From assembly GCA_045863235.1 (NCBI GenBank), contig BTUM01000069.1, positions 1 through 42,147 of the forward strand: a stretch of DNA of 42,147 nucleotides, in the 5' to 3' direction. The notes beneath the pieces are model-generated. The model worked only from the letters and a program-made list of their open reading frames with translations. It was not told the origin of the DNA and did not search any database. This DNA is from Candidatus Xenobia bacterium (GTDB lineage Bacteria > Vulcanimicrobiota > Xenobia > Xenobiales > QWHO01). This document shows positions 18,709 through 26,765 of the stretch, in pieces; position 1 is the stretch's first letter; each line of letters opens with the position of its first letter. A program made the translations under genes and the position numbers.

Positions 18709-19188
18709 ATGCGTGTGATTGTGTGTCTGTTGCTGCTGGTCGGCCTGGCCCGGGCCGAGGTGATCGAGGTGGCGCCCGATCTGAAGGTCTCCAGCATCAC
18801 CTTCGGGCTGTTTCAACAACAGCCCAACGGCAGCCTGACGTTCGTGTCCAGTCGCGAGGTGCCGTTGCGGCCAGGCCAGTACTTCGGCTGGTGCATGAAC
18901 GTCGCCACCGATCGCCCGATGGTACGCTGGCGTGAAGAGCTCGAGCTTCCTCAGCCCCCCGAGAAGTGGGGCACCGACACGAGCGTGCAGGGCGACCGGC
19001 GGGTGGGCATCACCGAGCGCGAGGAGGACGTGTTCAACGGTTTGGTGGTGCATATCTGGAAAGTGGCCGCCGGAGATCCCCCCGGCGATTACAGGCTGAA
19101 GTTGTTCCTGGAAGGCAAGCCTGTCGGCGTTTTGGAGTTCAAGGTGGTGCCTCCCCCCCAACCCGAGGCAACAAGTTGTTCACATTAA
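18709..19188 (+). CDS. Secreted hypothetical protein
   Basis: Signal peptide MRVIVCLLLLVGLARA; WREELELP..P..W and GDPPGDY. Confidence 0.75.
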   Translation: MRVIVCLLLLVGLARAEVIEVAPDLKVSSITFGLFQQQPNGSLTFVSSREVPLRPGQYFGWCMNVATDRPMVRWREELELPQPPEKWGTDTSVQGDRRVGITEREEDVFNGLVVHIWKVAAGDPPGDYRLKLFLEGKPVGVLEFKVVPPPQPEATSCSH

Positions 19189-19215
19189 GTTACAAACCGG
19201 TAACATCGGCAACAT
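19168..19215 (+). promoter_or_regulatory. Five phased nnnACA direct repeats upstream of the 86-aa gene
   Basis: GCAACA, TTCACA, GTTACA, GTAACA, GCAACA; ACA cores at 19171, 19182, 19192, 19203, 19212. Confidence 0.55.
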
Positions 19216-19296
19216 GAAATCGCGATAGCCAGGGCTAGTCGACCGGGGTGGGCTGTGGGAGAATAACATCAACAATCGATACCGGAGGTACACGAA

Positions 19297-19557
19297 ATGA
19301 TCGGTGGAGCAGGTGGAGGCGGTGGCGGGGCAGCTGATGCGGCCTCAAGAGCCCAGATGGCCCAGAGCGACCAGAACCAGGCCCAGACCATTCAGACCCA
19401 GATGCAGGCCGACGCTCAGAAGCAGCAGGCCGAGCGCTGGAAGATCCTGCGCGAGACTCAGACCAAGATCTTTGAGATTCAGCAGGACGTGACCGTCAAC
19501 CAGGCCAAGGCGCAAGACAAGGCCTTCAACAAGTGGAGCGACTACATCAAGGCCTAG
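19297..19557 (+). CDS. Small Gln/Ala-rich helical protein, possible secretion needle/pilus subunit
   Basis: GGAGG RBS, own terminator; Gly-rich disordered N-terminus and amphipathic C-terminal helices; function inferred only. Confidence 0.8.
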   Translation: MIGGAGGGGGGAADAASRAQMAQSDQNQAQTIQTQMQADAQKQQAERWKILRETQTKIFEIQQDVTVNQAKAQDKAFNKWSDYIKA

Positions 19558-19592
19558 ACCTCCCGCTCAGTGAGAGTCGTCGGTCGGTCAAA

Positions 19593-19627
19593 GAAGGGCG
19601 CCCGTGGTGGGGCGCCCTTCACGCTTT
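19593..19627 (+). terminator. Terminator hairpin after 86-aa gene
   Basis: GAAGGGCGCCC-GTGGTG-GGGCGCCCTTC, perfect 11-bp stem; weak U-tract. Confidence 0.7.
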
Positions 19628-19732
19628 GGAGGGTTTTCGCCGACGGTACCCAAATCGCGCATTCTCCCTGTGCTGCACGAACACGGCCAAGTGATCGCGC
19701 GCGTATCCGGAGCGGACTACGATGGAGGTCGT

Positions 19733-20641
19733 ATGGTGAAAGAGAACAGCTTGATCCGGGGGGCCGAGGGGCTGCCCATCGACGTGCGCGATCTGTACCC
19801 GTTCCAGTCCCACTTCCACCGCGAGCCCGGCATGGGGCTGCGCATGCACTACCTCGACGAGGGCCAGGGCCAACCGATCCTGATGGTGCATGGGAACCCC
19901 ACCTGGTCGTTCTACTATCGCGACCTGGTCCGGGCCTTCTACAAGTCCCACCGGGTGGTGGCGGTCGACCACCTGGGCTGCGGCCTCTCCGACAAGCCTC
20001 AGCGCTACCCCTATTGCCTGGCCCAGCACATTCGCAACCTCGAATCGCTGGTGCTCGACCTCGACCTCAAGGACATCACCCTGGTGGTGCACGACTGGGG
20101 CGGTCCCATCGGCCTGGGCGTGGCCGTGCGCCATCCCGAGCGCTTTAGCCGGCTGGTCATCATGAACACGGCCGCCTTCCCCGACCCGGCCATGCCCTGG
20201 CTGCTCAAGCTGTGTCGCCTGCCCGGGTTGGGCCCCCTCCTGGTGCGCGGCCTGAACGCCTTCGCCGAGGGCACGGTGCGCTTCGCGGTGGCCCGACAGG
20301 ATCGGCTCTCGCGCGCCGCCCGGCGCGGCTACCTCTTCCCCTACCGCAACTGGCATGACCGGGTGGCCAACCTTCGCTTCGTGCAGGACATCCCCATGAG
20401 CCGCTCCCACCCCAGCTACGACGCCCTGGCCGAGGTCGAGGCCGGGCTGCCGCGCCTCTCCAACCTGCCCACCCTGCTCATCTGGGGCGAGAAAGACTTC
20501 GTCTTCACCCCCCGCTTCCTCAAGCGCTTCCAGACCTTCTTCCCCCACGCCGAGGTGCAGCGGCTCTCCTGGGCCGGCCACCTGGTGGCCCAGGACGCCT
20601 CGCCCGAGGTGATCGCCTTTCTCAAGGAGTTCATCTCCTGA
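19733..20641 (+). CDS. oleB: OleB-like beta-lactone decarboxylase (haloalkane dehalogenase fold)
   Basis: MHYLDEG, HGNPTWSFYYR, VHDWGG, RFVQDIP; directly upstream of oleC/oleD; GGAGG RBS. Confidence 0.8.
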   Translation: MVKENSLIRGAEGLPIDVRDLYPFQSHFHREPGMGLRMHYLDEGQGQPILMVHGNPTWSFYYRDLVRAFYKSHRVVAVDHLGCGLSDKPQRYPYCLAQHIRNLESLVLDLDLKDITLVVHDWGGPIGLGVAVRHPERFSRLVIMNTAAFPDPAMPWLLKLCRLPGLGPLLVRGLNAFAEGTVRFAVARQDRLSRAARRGYLFPYRNWHDRVANLRFVQDIPMSRSHPSYDALAEVEAGLPRLSNLPTLLIWGEKDFVFTPRFLKRFQTFFPHAEVQRLSWAGHLVAQDASPEVIAFLKEFIS

Positions 20642-22248
20642 ACGTCGCCCAGCTGCTCGACCAGGCCACCGAACGGAATCCCGACGGCCGGGCCCTGATC
20701 TACCGACGCCAGGGTCGCTGGCAACAGATGTCCTTCTCCGAGCTGCTCGAGCTCTGCCGCCACTACACCGGCACCCTGCGCGAGCTGGGCCTGGAACGGG
20801 GCCAGCGGGCCCTGATGATGGTGCCCAATGGCCCCGAGTTCGTAGCCCTTACCTTCGCCGTATTCCGAGTGGGGGCGTTGCCGGTGCTGATCGACCCCGG
20901 GATGGGGCTCAAGCCGATGCTGCGCTGCATCGAGCACGCCCACCCCGACTTTCTCATCGGCATTCGCAAGGCGCACCTCTTGCGGACCGTCTTCCGCAAG
21001 GCCTTTGCCAGCCTGCGCCAGGCGATCAGCGTGGACGGCGCCTTTCCCGGGGCCCACCGACTGACGGCTCAGGGCCCTCGAGTGGTCGATCTGGCCAGCA
21101 CCCACCAGGACGAGCCGGCCGCCATCTTGTTCACCTCGGGCAGCACCGGCCCGGCCAAGGGCGTGGTCTACCGCCACGGCATCTTCCAGACCCAGGTGGC
21201 CTGCCTGCGGGATACCTTCGGCTTTCAGGCGGGCGAGATCGACCTGCCCGGCTTCCCCCTGTTCGCGCTCTTCTCGACCGCGCTGGGGCTCACGTGCGTG
21301 CTGCCCGAGCTCAACCCCAGCCGCCCCGCCACCTGCGACCCGGTGAAGATCGTGCGGGCCATCCAGGAGTTCGGGGTCAACAACCTGCAGGGCTCTCCTG
21401 CCATCTGGACCCGGGTGGGACGCTGGTGCGAGCAGCACTGCGTGCGCCTGCCCTCGCTCAAGCGCCTGCTCACCTTCGGGGCGCCCATCCCCCCCGCCCT
21501 GATGGCGCAGTGGGCCGACATCATGCCCCCTGAGGCCGAGCTCTACACGCCCTACGGAGCCACCGAGGCGCTGCCACTCTCGAGCATCACCGCCCGCGAG
21601 GTGCTGCGCGAGACGGCCGTGCTCAGCGCGGCCGGAGCCGGTACCTGCGTGGGACGCCCCCTGCCCGGGGTGGAGCTGGCCATCCTGGCCATCACAGACG
21701 AGGCCATCCCCGAGTGGCGAGAGGATCTGGTGCTGCCGGCCGGGGAGTATGGCGAGGTGGCCGTGGCCGGCCCCATGGTCACCTGGGAGTACGACGGCCT
21801 GCCGGAGGAGACGCGCCGCTCCAAGATCCGCCAGGGCGACAGGATCTGGCACCGGATGGGCGACATGGGCTACCTGGACGAGCAGGGCCGGGTGTGGCTG
21901 CTGGGGCGCAAGTCCCATCGCGTGGAAGGGCGCGTGCGCTACTATCCCGAGCAGGCCGAGGGCATGGTCAACCCCCACCCGCTGGTGGCCCGCTCAGCCC
22001 TGGTAGGCGTAGGCGAGCGAGGGGCGCAGGCCCCGGTGCTGGTGGTGGAGCCCGAGGCCGAAGCCCTGAAGTACGACCGGCGCCGCCAGGAGGAGTTGGC
22101 CGGGGCCCTGCGCCGGATTCTGTCCGAGCACCCGGTCTATCGCGACGTGGAGAAGGTGCTCTATCACCCGGCCTTTCCGGTAGATCCGCGCCACAACGCC
22201 AAAATCCACCGCGAGGAGCTGGCCGCCTGGGCCAGCAAGCGCTCATGA
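20638..22248 (+). CDS. oleC: OleC-like beta-lactone synthetase (AMP-dependent ligase), probable CTG start
   Basis: LIDPGMG, FTSGSTGPAKG, TPYGATEALP, WHRMGD, FPVDPRHNAKI; N-terminus (M)NVAQLLDQATERNPDGRAL begins at CTG 20638 after AAGGAG. Confidence 0.85.
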   Translation: MNVAQLLDQATERNPDGRALIYRRQGRWQQMSFSELLELCRHYTGTLRELGLERGQRALMMVPNGPEFVALTFAVFRVGALPVLIDPGMGLKPMLRCIEHAHPDFLIGIRKAHLLRTVFRKAFASLRQAISVDGAFPGAHRLTAQGPRVVDLASTHQDEPAAILFTSGSTGPAKGVVYRHGIFQTQVACLRDTFGFQAGEIDLPGFPLFALFSTALGLTCVLPELNPSRPATCDPVKIVRAIQEFGVNNLQGSPAIWTRVGRWCEQHCVRLPSLKRLLTFGAPIPPALMAQWADIMPPEAELYTPYGATEALPLSSITAREVLRETAVLSAAGAGTCVGRPLPGVELAILAITDEAIPEWREDLVLPAGEYGEVAVAGPMVTWEYDGLPEETRRSKIRQGDRIWHRMGDMGYLDEQGRVWLLGRKSHRVEGRVRYYPEQAEGMVNPHPLVARSALVGVGERGAQAPVLVVEPEAEALKYDRRRQEELAGALRRILSEHPVYRDVEKVLYHPAFPVDPRHNAKIHREELAAWASKRS

Positions 22249-23240
22249 AGGCCCTGGTCACCGGGGGCGGCGGCTTCCTCGGTGGAGCCCTGGCCCGTCG
22301 CCTGCTCGCTGACGGCCACGAAGTCTTCGTGCTGGGGCGCAACCGCTACCCCGAAATGGAGGCGCTGGGAGCAAAGGGGGTTGTGGCCGACCTGGCCGAT
22401 CGCTCCCGGGTGGTGGCGGCCTGCGCCGGCATGGACGTGGTCTTCCACGTGGGCGCCAAGGCCGGCCTCTGGGGCAGCTTCGAGGACTATTACAACAGCA
22501 ACGTGCTGGCCACCATCAACGTGCTGGACGGCTGCCGCGAGGGCGGTGTTCGCCGCCTGGTCTACACCAGCTCTCCCAGCGTCACTTTCGACGGCCAGGA
22601 CCACCTGGGCGCCGACGAGCGGCTCCCCTACCCGCGCAAGTTTCTCAACTTCTACAGCCAGACCAAGGCCATGGCCGAGAAGCTCGTGCTCAAGGCCAAC
22701 GGCGAGCACGGCGTTCTTACCGTGGCCCTGCGCCCGCACATCATCTGGGGGCCGGGCGACAACCACATCTTGCCTCGCCTGATCGCCCGGGCCCGCCAGG
22801 GCAAGCTCTTGCGGGTGGGAGACGGCAGCAACCGGGTGGACGTGACCTATGTGGACAACGCTGTCGAAGCGCATGTCGTGGCTGCCGATCGGCTCGAGCC
22901 GGGCGCCCCGCTGGCGGGAAAGGCCTACTTCCTGAGTCAGGGGCAGCCGGTCGTGCTGTGGGACTGGGTCAACCAGTGGCTCGAGCGCCTGGGCATCGCC
23001 CCGGTGCGGCGGTCGATCCCGTTCCGGGCGGCTTACGCTCTGGGAGCGGCGCTGGAGACGGCCTACGGCCTCCTGCGCAAGACCGAGGAGCCTCGCATGA
23101 CGCGCTTTCTGGCCTGCCAGCTGGCGCGCTCTCACTACTACAACCTCGAGGCGGCCCGGCGCGACCTGAGCTATCAGCCCGCGGTGGGGATGGCCGAGGG
23201 AATGGACCGCACGGTGGAACGGCTCATTTCGGCCCCCTGA
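22245..23240 (+). CDS. oleD: OleD-like 2-alkyl-3-oxoalkanoate reductase (3-beta-HSD/SDR family)
   Basis: VTGGGGFLG, YTSSPSV, YSQTK, LRPHIIWGPGD; ATGA coupling to oleC. Confidence 0.82.
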   Translation: MKALVTGGGGFLGGALARRLLADGHEVFVLGRNRYPEMEALGAKGVVADLADRSRVVAACAGMDVVFHVGAKAGLWGSFEDYYNSNVLATINVLDGCREGGVRRLVYTSSPSVTFDGQDHLGADERLPYPRKFLNFYSQTKAMAEKLVLKANGEHGVLTVALRPHIIWGPGDNHILPRLIARARQGKLLRVGDGSNRVDVTYVDNAVEAHVVAADRLEPGAPLAGKAYFLSQGQPVVLWDWVNQWLERLGIAPVRRSIPFRAAYALGAALETAYGLLRKTEEPRMTRFLACQLARSHYYNLEAARRDLSYQPAVGMAEGMDRTVERLISAP

Positions 23241-23293
23241 TCAAGATCATTTCGACCAGCAGGCATCTCCCCTAGACTGACCCGGGGGAGAAG

Positions 23294-23704
23294 GTGGAGC
23301 TGATGCCTCGATTCATCCACGACTCTCCACGGGGATACCTGCCTGTCGCCCGGGTCGAGGACGACCGGACGTTCAATGCCAGTCCCCTGGGCCATCGGCC
23401 GGTGGGTTACTATGAAGCGGCGGGCGTGATCCACGACAGGCCCTCGGCCTTTCACCCGGTGGGGCGGGTCGACCGGTTTGGGCTCGTGCACGATCACGTT
23501 TACCGATACCACCCGGTCGGCCGTATCGAGCCAGGGGGCATCATCCACAGCGATCCCTTCAAGACTCACCCGGTGGCTCACGTGGAGACGGAAGATCCGG
23601 TCGAGCTCAGCACTCCCGAACTGGCCGCCGCAGGCTACTATCTCCTGATCTACCGGCGCATGACCCACCGGCTCCAGGCCCGCAAGCAACGAGAGAAAGG
23701 ATAG
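23294..23704 (+). CDS. Small beta-repeat protein (five 19-aa repeats plus C-terminal helix)
   Basis: Repeats of type G.IH......HPVG.V; start 23294 (GTG) or 23303 (ATG). Confidence 0.75.
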   Translation: MELMPRFIHDSPRGYLPVARVEDDRTFNASPLGHRPVGYYEAAGVIHDRPSAFHPVGRVDRFGLVHDHVYRYHPVGRIEPGGIIHSDPFKTHPVAHVETEDPVELSTPELAAAGYYLLIYRRMTHRLQARKQREKG

Positions 23705-23737
23705 GTTCCTTTCAGTCCTTCCGGCTACACTCCAATC

Positions 23738-24376
23738 ATGCTCGGTTACATTCGAGGGCTGCCTCTTTTCAACCCGGCCGCCAAAGAGTTCTACAAGGGC
23801 TATGACGAGGCCCTCAAAGGGCTGGATGAGACGCGCGACCTGGCCCTCAAGGCCAAAATGCCCGACGAGGACATCGCCGCCCTCGACCGTCACAAACTTG
23901 CCCTCAAGGCCGACGTGAAAAAGAGCAAGATGGCCGACACGCTGGTCACGCTGGGTCGGCCCTTCATGGAGGGCGCGCCCATCGCCTTCACCGCCTCCCT
24001 GTTCATGGGCTGGGGCACCTTCGGCATTCCGGGCAACGCCGCCATCCTGGTGGGCTGCTCGCTGGCCACCTTCGCCGGCCTGGCGCTGTTCGTCAAGGGC
24101 GTCAAGATGGGCCGCAACTGCTCGCCCCAGAACGCCTTCCAGAACGTCAGCCTGAGCGACCGCCTCCGAGTGGGCAACCTGATGAAGCACGGCACGGAAG
24201 TGCTCAAGATGGCCGCCACCCTGACCCCGGGCGCCACCGCCCCGGCCATCTCCCAACAGGCCAACCGCATGGTGATCGGCGGCGTGGTCATCAAGCGCCG
24301 ACCTGACGGCCAGCACATCGCCGACTCGGTCAACGCGCCCGAAAAACCCGAGCCGGGGGGCTTCTTCAGGCCCTGA
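23738..24376 (+). CDS. Hypothetical two-TM protein with C-terminal IGGV motif
   Basis: Hydrophobic hairpin in the middle; TACACT 6 nt before ATG; AISQQANRMVIGGVVIKRR. Confidence 0.75.
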   Translation: MLGYIRGLPLFNPAAKEFYKGYDEALKGLDETRDLALKAKMPDEDIAALDRHKLALKADVKKSKMADTLVTLGRPFMEGAPIAFTASLFMGWGTFGIPGNAAILVGCSLATFAGLALFVKGVKMGRNCSPQNAFQNVSLSDRLRVGNLMKHGTEVLKMAATLTPGATAPAISQQANRMVIGGVVIKRRPDGQHIADSVNAPEKPEPGGFFRP

Positions 24377-24590
24377 GCGTCTGCTCGAGCGCGCTGCGGG
24401 CCTCCTGCATCTTTCCCTGACGCAAGAGCTCGATGGCCGGCGAGTCGACCAGTTTGTGCCAAATCTCGCGCCGCTCAGAGAAGCTGGCGTAGCCTGCGGC
24501 GATCTCGGCGCGAAGCTCGGGGGCCATGTCCGGCCCGAGCTCCTCCCGGAAGCGCTCGCGGGGGGGTTCAGCAGGACGGGGATCGCTCAT
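24366..24590 (-). CDS. 74-aa protein resembling the C-terminal helical region of precorrin-2 dehydrogenase/siroheme synthase
   Basis: ATGA coupling with cysE stop; ERREIWHKLVDSPAIELLRQG. Confidence 0.5.
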   Translation of the reverse strand: MSDPRPAEPPRERFREELGPDMAPELRAEIAAGYASFSERREIWHKLVDSPAIELLRQGKMQEARSALEQTLRA

Positions 24591-25438
24591 ATGGCAAAGT
24601 CCACGTCGCCGGGCAGGAACTCGCCGTTGGGCCCGCTGCCGCGCGGACGGGCCAGCACGCGCAGGTTGGGCGGTTCTTGCGCGACCAGGCGCCCGGGCGG
24701 AACGCTCCTGGTGAGAAAGACCGAGCCCCCCACCACGCTCCCCTGGCCCACCACAGTACGCCCTCCCAGCACGGTGGCGTGAGCGTAGACCACCACGTCG
24801 TCCTCCAGGGTGGGATGGCGGGGGCGCTCTCGAGTGAAGCTCAACGCCCCCAGCGTCACCCCCTGGTAGAGGCGCACCCGGTCGCCCACGCGGGCCGTCT
24901 GGCCGATCACCGTTCCGGTGGCGTGATCGAGAAAGAAGCTCTCCCCGATCTCGGCACCCGGGTGGATGTCGGCGCCGGTGCGGGAGTGGGCCCATTCGCT
25001 CAGGATGCGAGGCAGGGTGGGCACTCCGAGCTGGTGCAGCCGGTGGGCGATGCGGTAGACGGTGATGGCCAGAAAGCCGGGGTAGGCCAGGATCACCTCA
25101 TCCAGGCTGGTGGCGGCCGGGTCTCCCTCGAGGGCGGCCCGGGCGTCGAGCAGGAGCCGGCGGCGCAGTTCGGGCAGGAACCGCAAGAATTCACCGGCCA
25201 GGGCGGGGTCGGCCCCGCACAGGCCAACCTGGCGCCCCAGGCGCTGCTCGAGCTCCTCCAGGTGAGCCTCCAGGTCGACCGGTTGCTCTGAGAAGTAGCC
25301 GGGCAGGACGATATCGAGGATCAGCTCGAGCAGCGCCTCCGCCTCGCGGGGAGAGGGGCGCTGACCCGGCTCCGGAGGGTTGAGACGAAGCTGCTCGGCC
25401 AGATCCCTCAGGTCGTTGACCACGGCCCGGGAGCTCAC
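24587..25438 (-). CDS. cysE: Serine O-acetyltransferase
   Basis: [43 protein letters not shown]-terminal DFAI, the Ile-ending tail that docks CysK. Confidence 0.92.
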   Translation of the reverse strand: MSSRAVVNDLRDLAEQLRLNPPEPGQRPSPREAEALLELILDIVLPGYFSEQPVDLEAHLEELEQRLGRQVGLCGADPALAGEFLRFLPELRRRLLLDARAALEGDPAATSLDEVILAYPGFLAITVYRIAHRLHQLGVPTLPRILSEWAHSRTGADIHPGAEIGESFFLDHATGTVIGQTARVGDRVRLYQGVTLGALSFTRERPRHPTLEDDVVVYAHATVLGGRTVVGQGSVVGGSVFLTRSVPPGRLVAQEPPNLRVLARPRGSGPNGEFLPGDVDFAI

Positions 25439-26430
25439 GAGGCCACCGCCTTCTCGACCTCGTCAAACAGGCCCTCGAAGAGGGCCCCGCTGAGGTAGCG
25501 CTCGGCCGCGTCGGGCAGAACCACCACGATGGTCTTGCCCTCGAAGCGCCGGTCGCGGGCCAGGCGCAGAGCAGCCACCGTGGCCGCGCCCGAGGAGATG
25601 CCGGCCAGAATCCCCTCCTCGCGAGCCAGTCTGCGGGCCATGTCGAGTGCCTCGTCGTTACTCACCGTCTCCACCTGGTCCACCAGCGAGAGATCCAGGT
25701 TGCCGGGCACGAACCCGGCCCCGATGCCCTGGATCTTGTGGGGCGCGGGGCGCACCTCCTGACCGGCCAGGGTCTGCGTGATCACGGGGGAGTGGGAGGG
25801 CTCCACCGCTACCGAGTGCAGCGCCTGACCGCGGGTGTGCTCGAAGTAGCGACTCACGCCGGTGAGGGTGCCGCCGGTGCCGATGCCGGTGACCAGCACG
25901 TCGGTCCGCCCTCCGGTATCCTGCCAGATCTCCGGTCCCGTGGTGCGCTCGTGGATGAGTGGATTGGCCGGGTTATCGAACTGGCGGGTCAGAAAGTAGC
26001 GGCCCGGATCCTCCGCGGCCAGCTGCTCGGCCCGGTCGATGGCCCCCTTCATCCCCAACGTCCCGGGCGTGAGCACCAGCCGCGCGCCCAGGGCCACCAG
26101 CACCTTACGACGCTCCAGGCTCATGGTCTCGGGCATGGTCAGCACGCACTCCAGTCCGCGGGCGGCGGCGGCGAAGGCCAGGGCGATGCCGGTGTTGCCG
26201 CTGGTGGCCTCCACGATGGCCCGGCCGGGGCCGAGCAGCCCTTTCTCCTCGGCGTCCCACACCAGCGAGGCCCCGATGCGACACTTGACCGAATAGGCCG
26301 GGTTGCGCCCCTCGATCTTGGCCAGCAGGGTGGCCCGGGTCCCCCCCACCACCTTGTTGAGAGCCACCAGGGGCGTGCGCCCGATACTCTCGGCGTTGTC
26401 GGAATAGACGTTGGGATAAACTTTCAGCAT
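25435..26430 (-). CDS. cysK: Cysteine synthase A (O-acetylserine sulfhydrylase)
   Basis: [52 protein letters not shown] before ATG 26430. Confidence 0.95.
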   Translation of the reverse strand: MLKVYPNVYSDNAESIGRTPLVALNKVVGGTRATLLAKIEGRNPAYSVKCRIGASLVWDAEEKGLLGPGRAIVEATSGNTGIALAFAAAARGLECVLTMPETMSLERRKVLVALGARLVLTPGTLGMKGAIDRAEQLAAEDPGRYFLTRQFDNPANPLIHERTTGPEIWQDTGGRTDVLVTGIGTGGTLTGVSRYFEHTRGQALHSVAVEPSHSPVITQTLAGQEVRPAPHKIQGIGAGFVPGNLDLSLVDQVETVSNDEALDMARRLAREEGILAGISSGAATVAALRLARDRRFEGKTIVVVLPDAAERYLSGALFEGLFDEVEKAVAS

Positions 26431-26552
26431 GATGTCGCTTCCTTTCTTTGGGGAGGGTCTTGAGAAACTCGACCCGATGCGCGTTGTGGTACATGGGATG
26501 GAAGCGGCTCGGCGGGCCTGCCTGGCTGCTTCGGCTTTTGTGGCTCTTGCAA
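26424..26552 (-). CDS. Putative 42-aa uORF overlapping the cysK start
   Basis: GAGGAGG 8 nt before TTG at 26552; ends ...KEATSC-TGA within ATGCTGA. Confidence 0.35.
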   Translation of the reverse strand: MQEPQKPKQPGRPAEPLPSHVPQRASGRVSQDPPQRKEATSC

Positions 26553-26580
26553 TCTGGGGTCCTCCTCGGGTCGCCGGTGT

Positions 26581-26622
26581 CTGAAGAAACACGAAGGCCC
26601 CCAGGAATCATCCTGGGGGCCT
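26581..26622 (-). terminator. Attenuator terminator of cysK leader
   Basis: Perfect 12-bp stem AGGCCCCCAGGA-N4-TCCTGGGGGCCT (26595-26622), then TCGTGTTTCTTC on the minus strand. Confidence 0.8.
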
Positions 26623-26650
26623 CGAGACCGCGACTCTGGGTCGGGTTTAG

Positions 26651-26758
26651 CTAACTTTCCCTCAGGTGAATCCTGCGTCGGGCGTGGGCGCGACAACAAC
26701 AGAGGGAAACGGAGCAGCAGAACGCAGACCGAGATTCGACGGAGCTTCTACCACTCAT
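26651..26758 (-). CDS. Cysteine-rich leader peptide MSGRSSVESRSAFCCSVSLCCCRAHARRRIHLRES (35 aa)
   Basis: Hand translation; TGC TGC and TGT TGT TGT runs; lies between a promoter and a terminator upstream of cysK-cysE. Confidence 0.85.
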   Translation of the reverse strand: MSGRSSVESRSAFCCSVSLCCCRAHARRRIHLRES

Positions 26759-26765
26759 GGCACGA

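Noticed and set aside
16818..18800. 660-aa antisense ORF (and similar ones at 3841..4968, 20416..21978, 27397..28854)
   Set aside because: Mirror frames of well-supported genes on the other strand
19733..20641. Haloalkane dehalogenase
   Set aside because: Same fold, but coupling to oleC/oleD-like genes favours OleB
25435..26592. 54-aa N-terminal extension of CysK in the ORF track
   Set aside because: Begins within the terminator tail; CysK homology and a good SD place the start at 26430
26431..26760. T-box or SAM riboswitch upstream of cysK
   Set aside because: No T-box AAGGTGGTACC-like or SAM-I core sequence seen; the poly-Cys uORF explains the structure better
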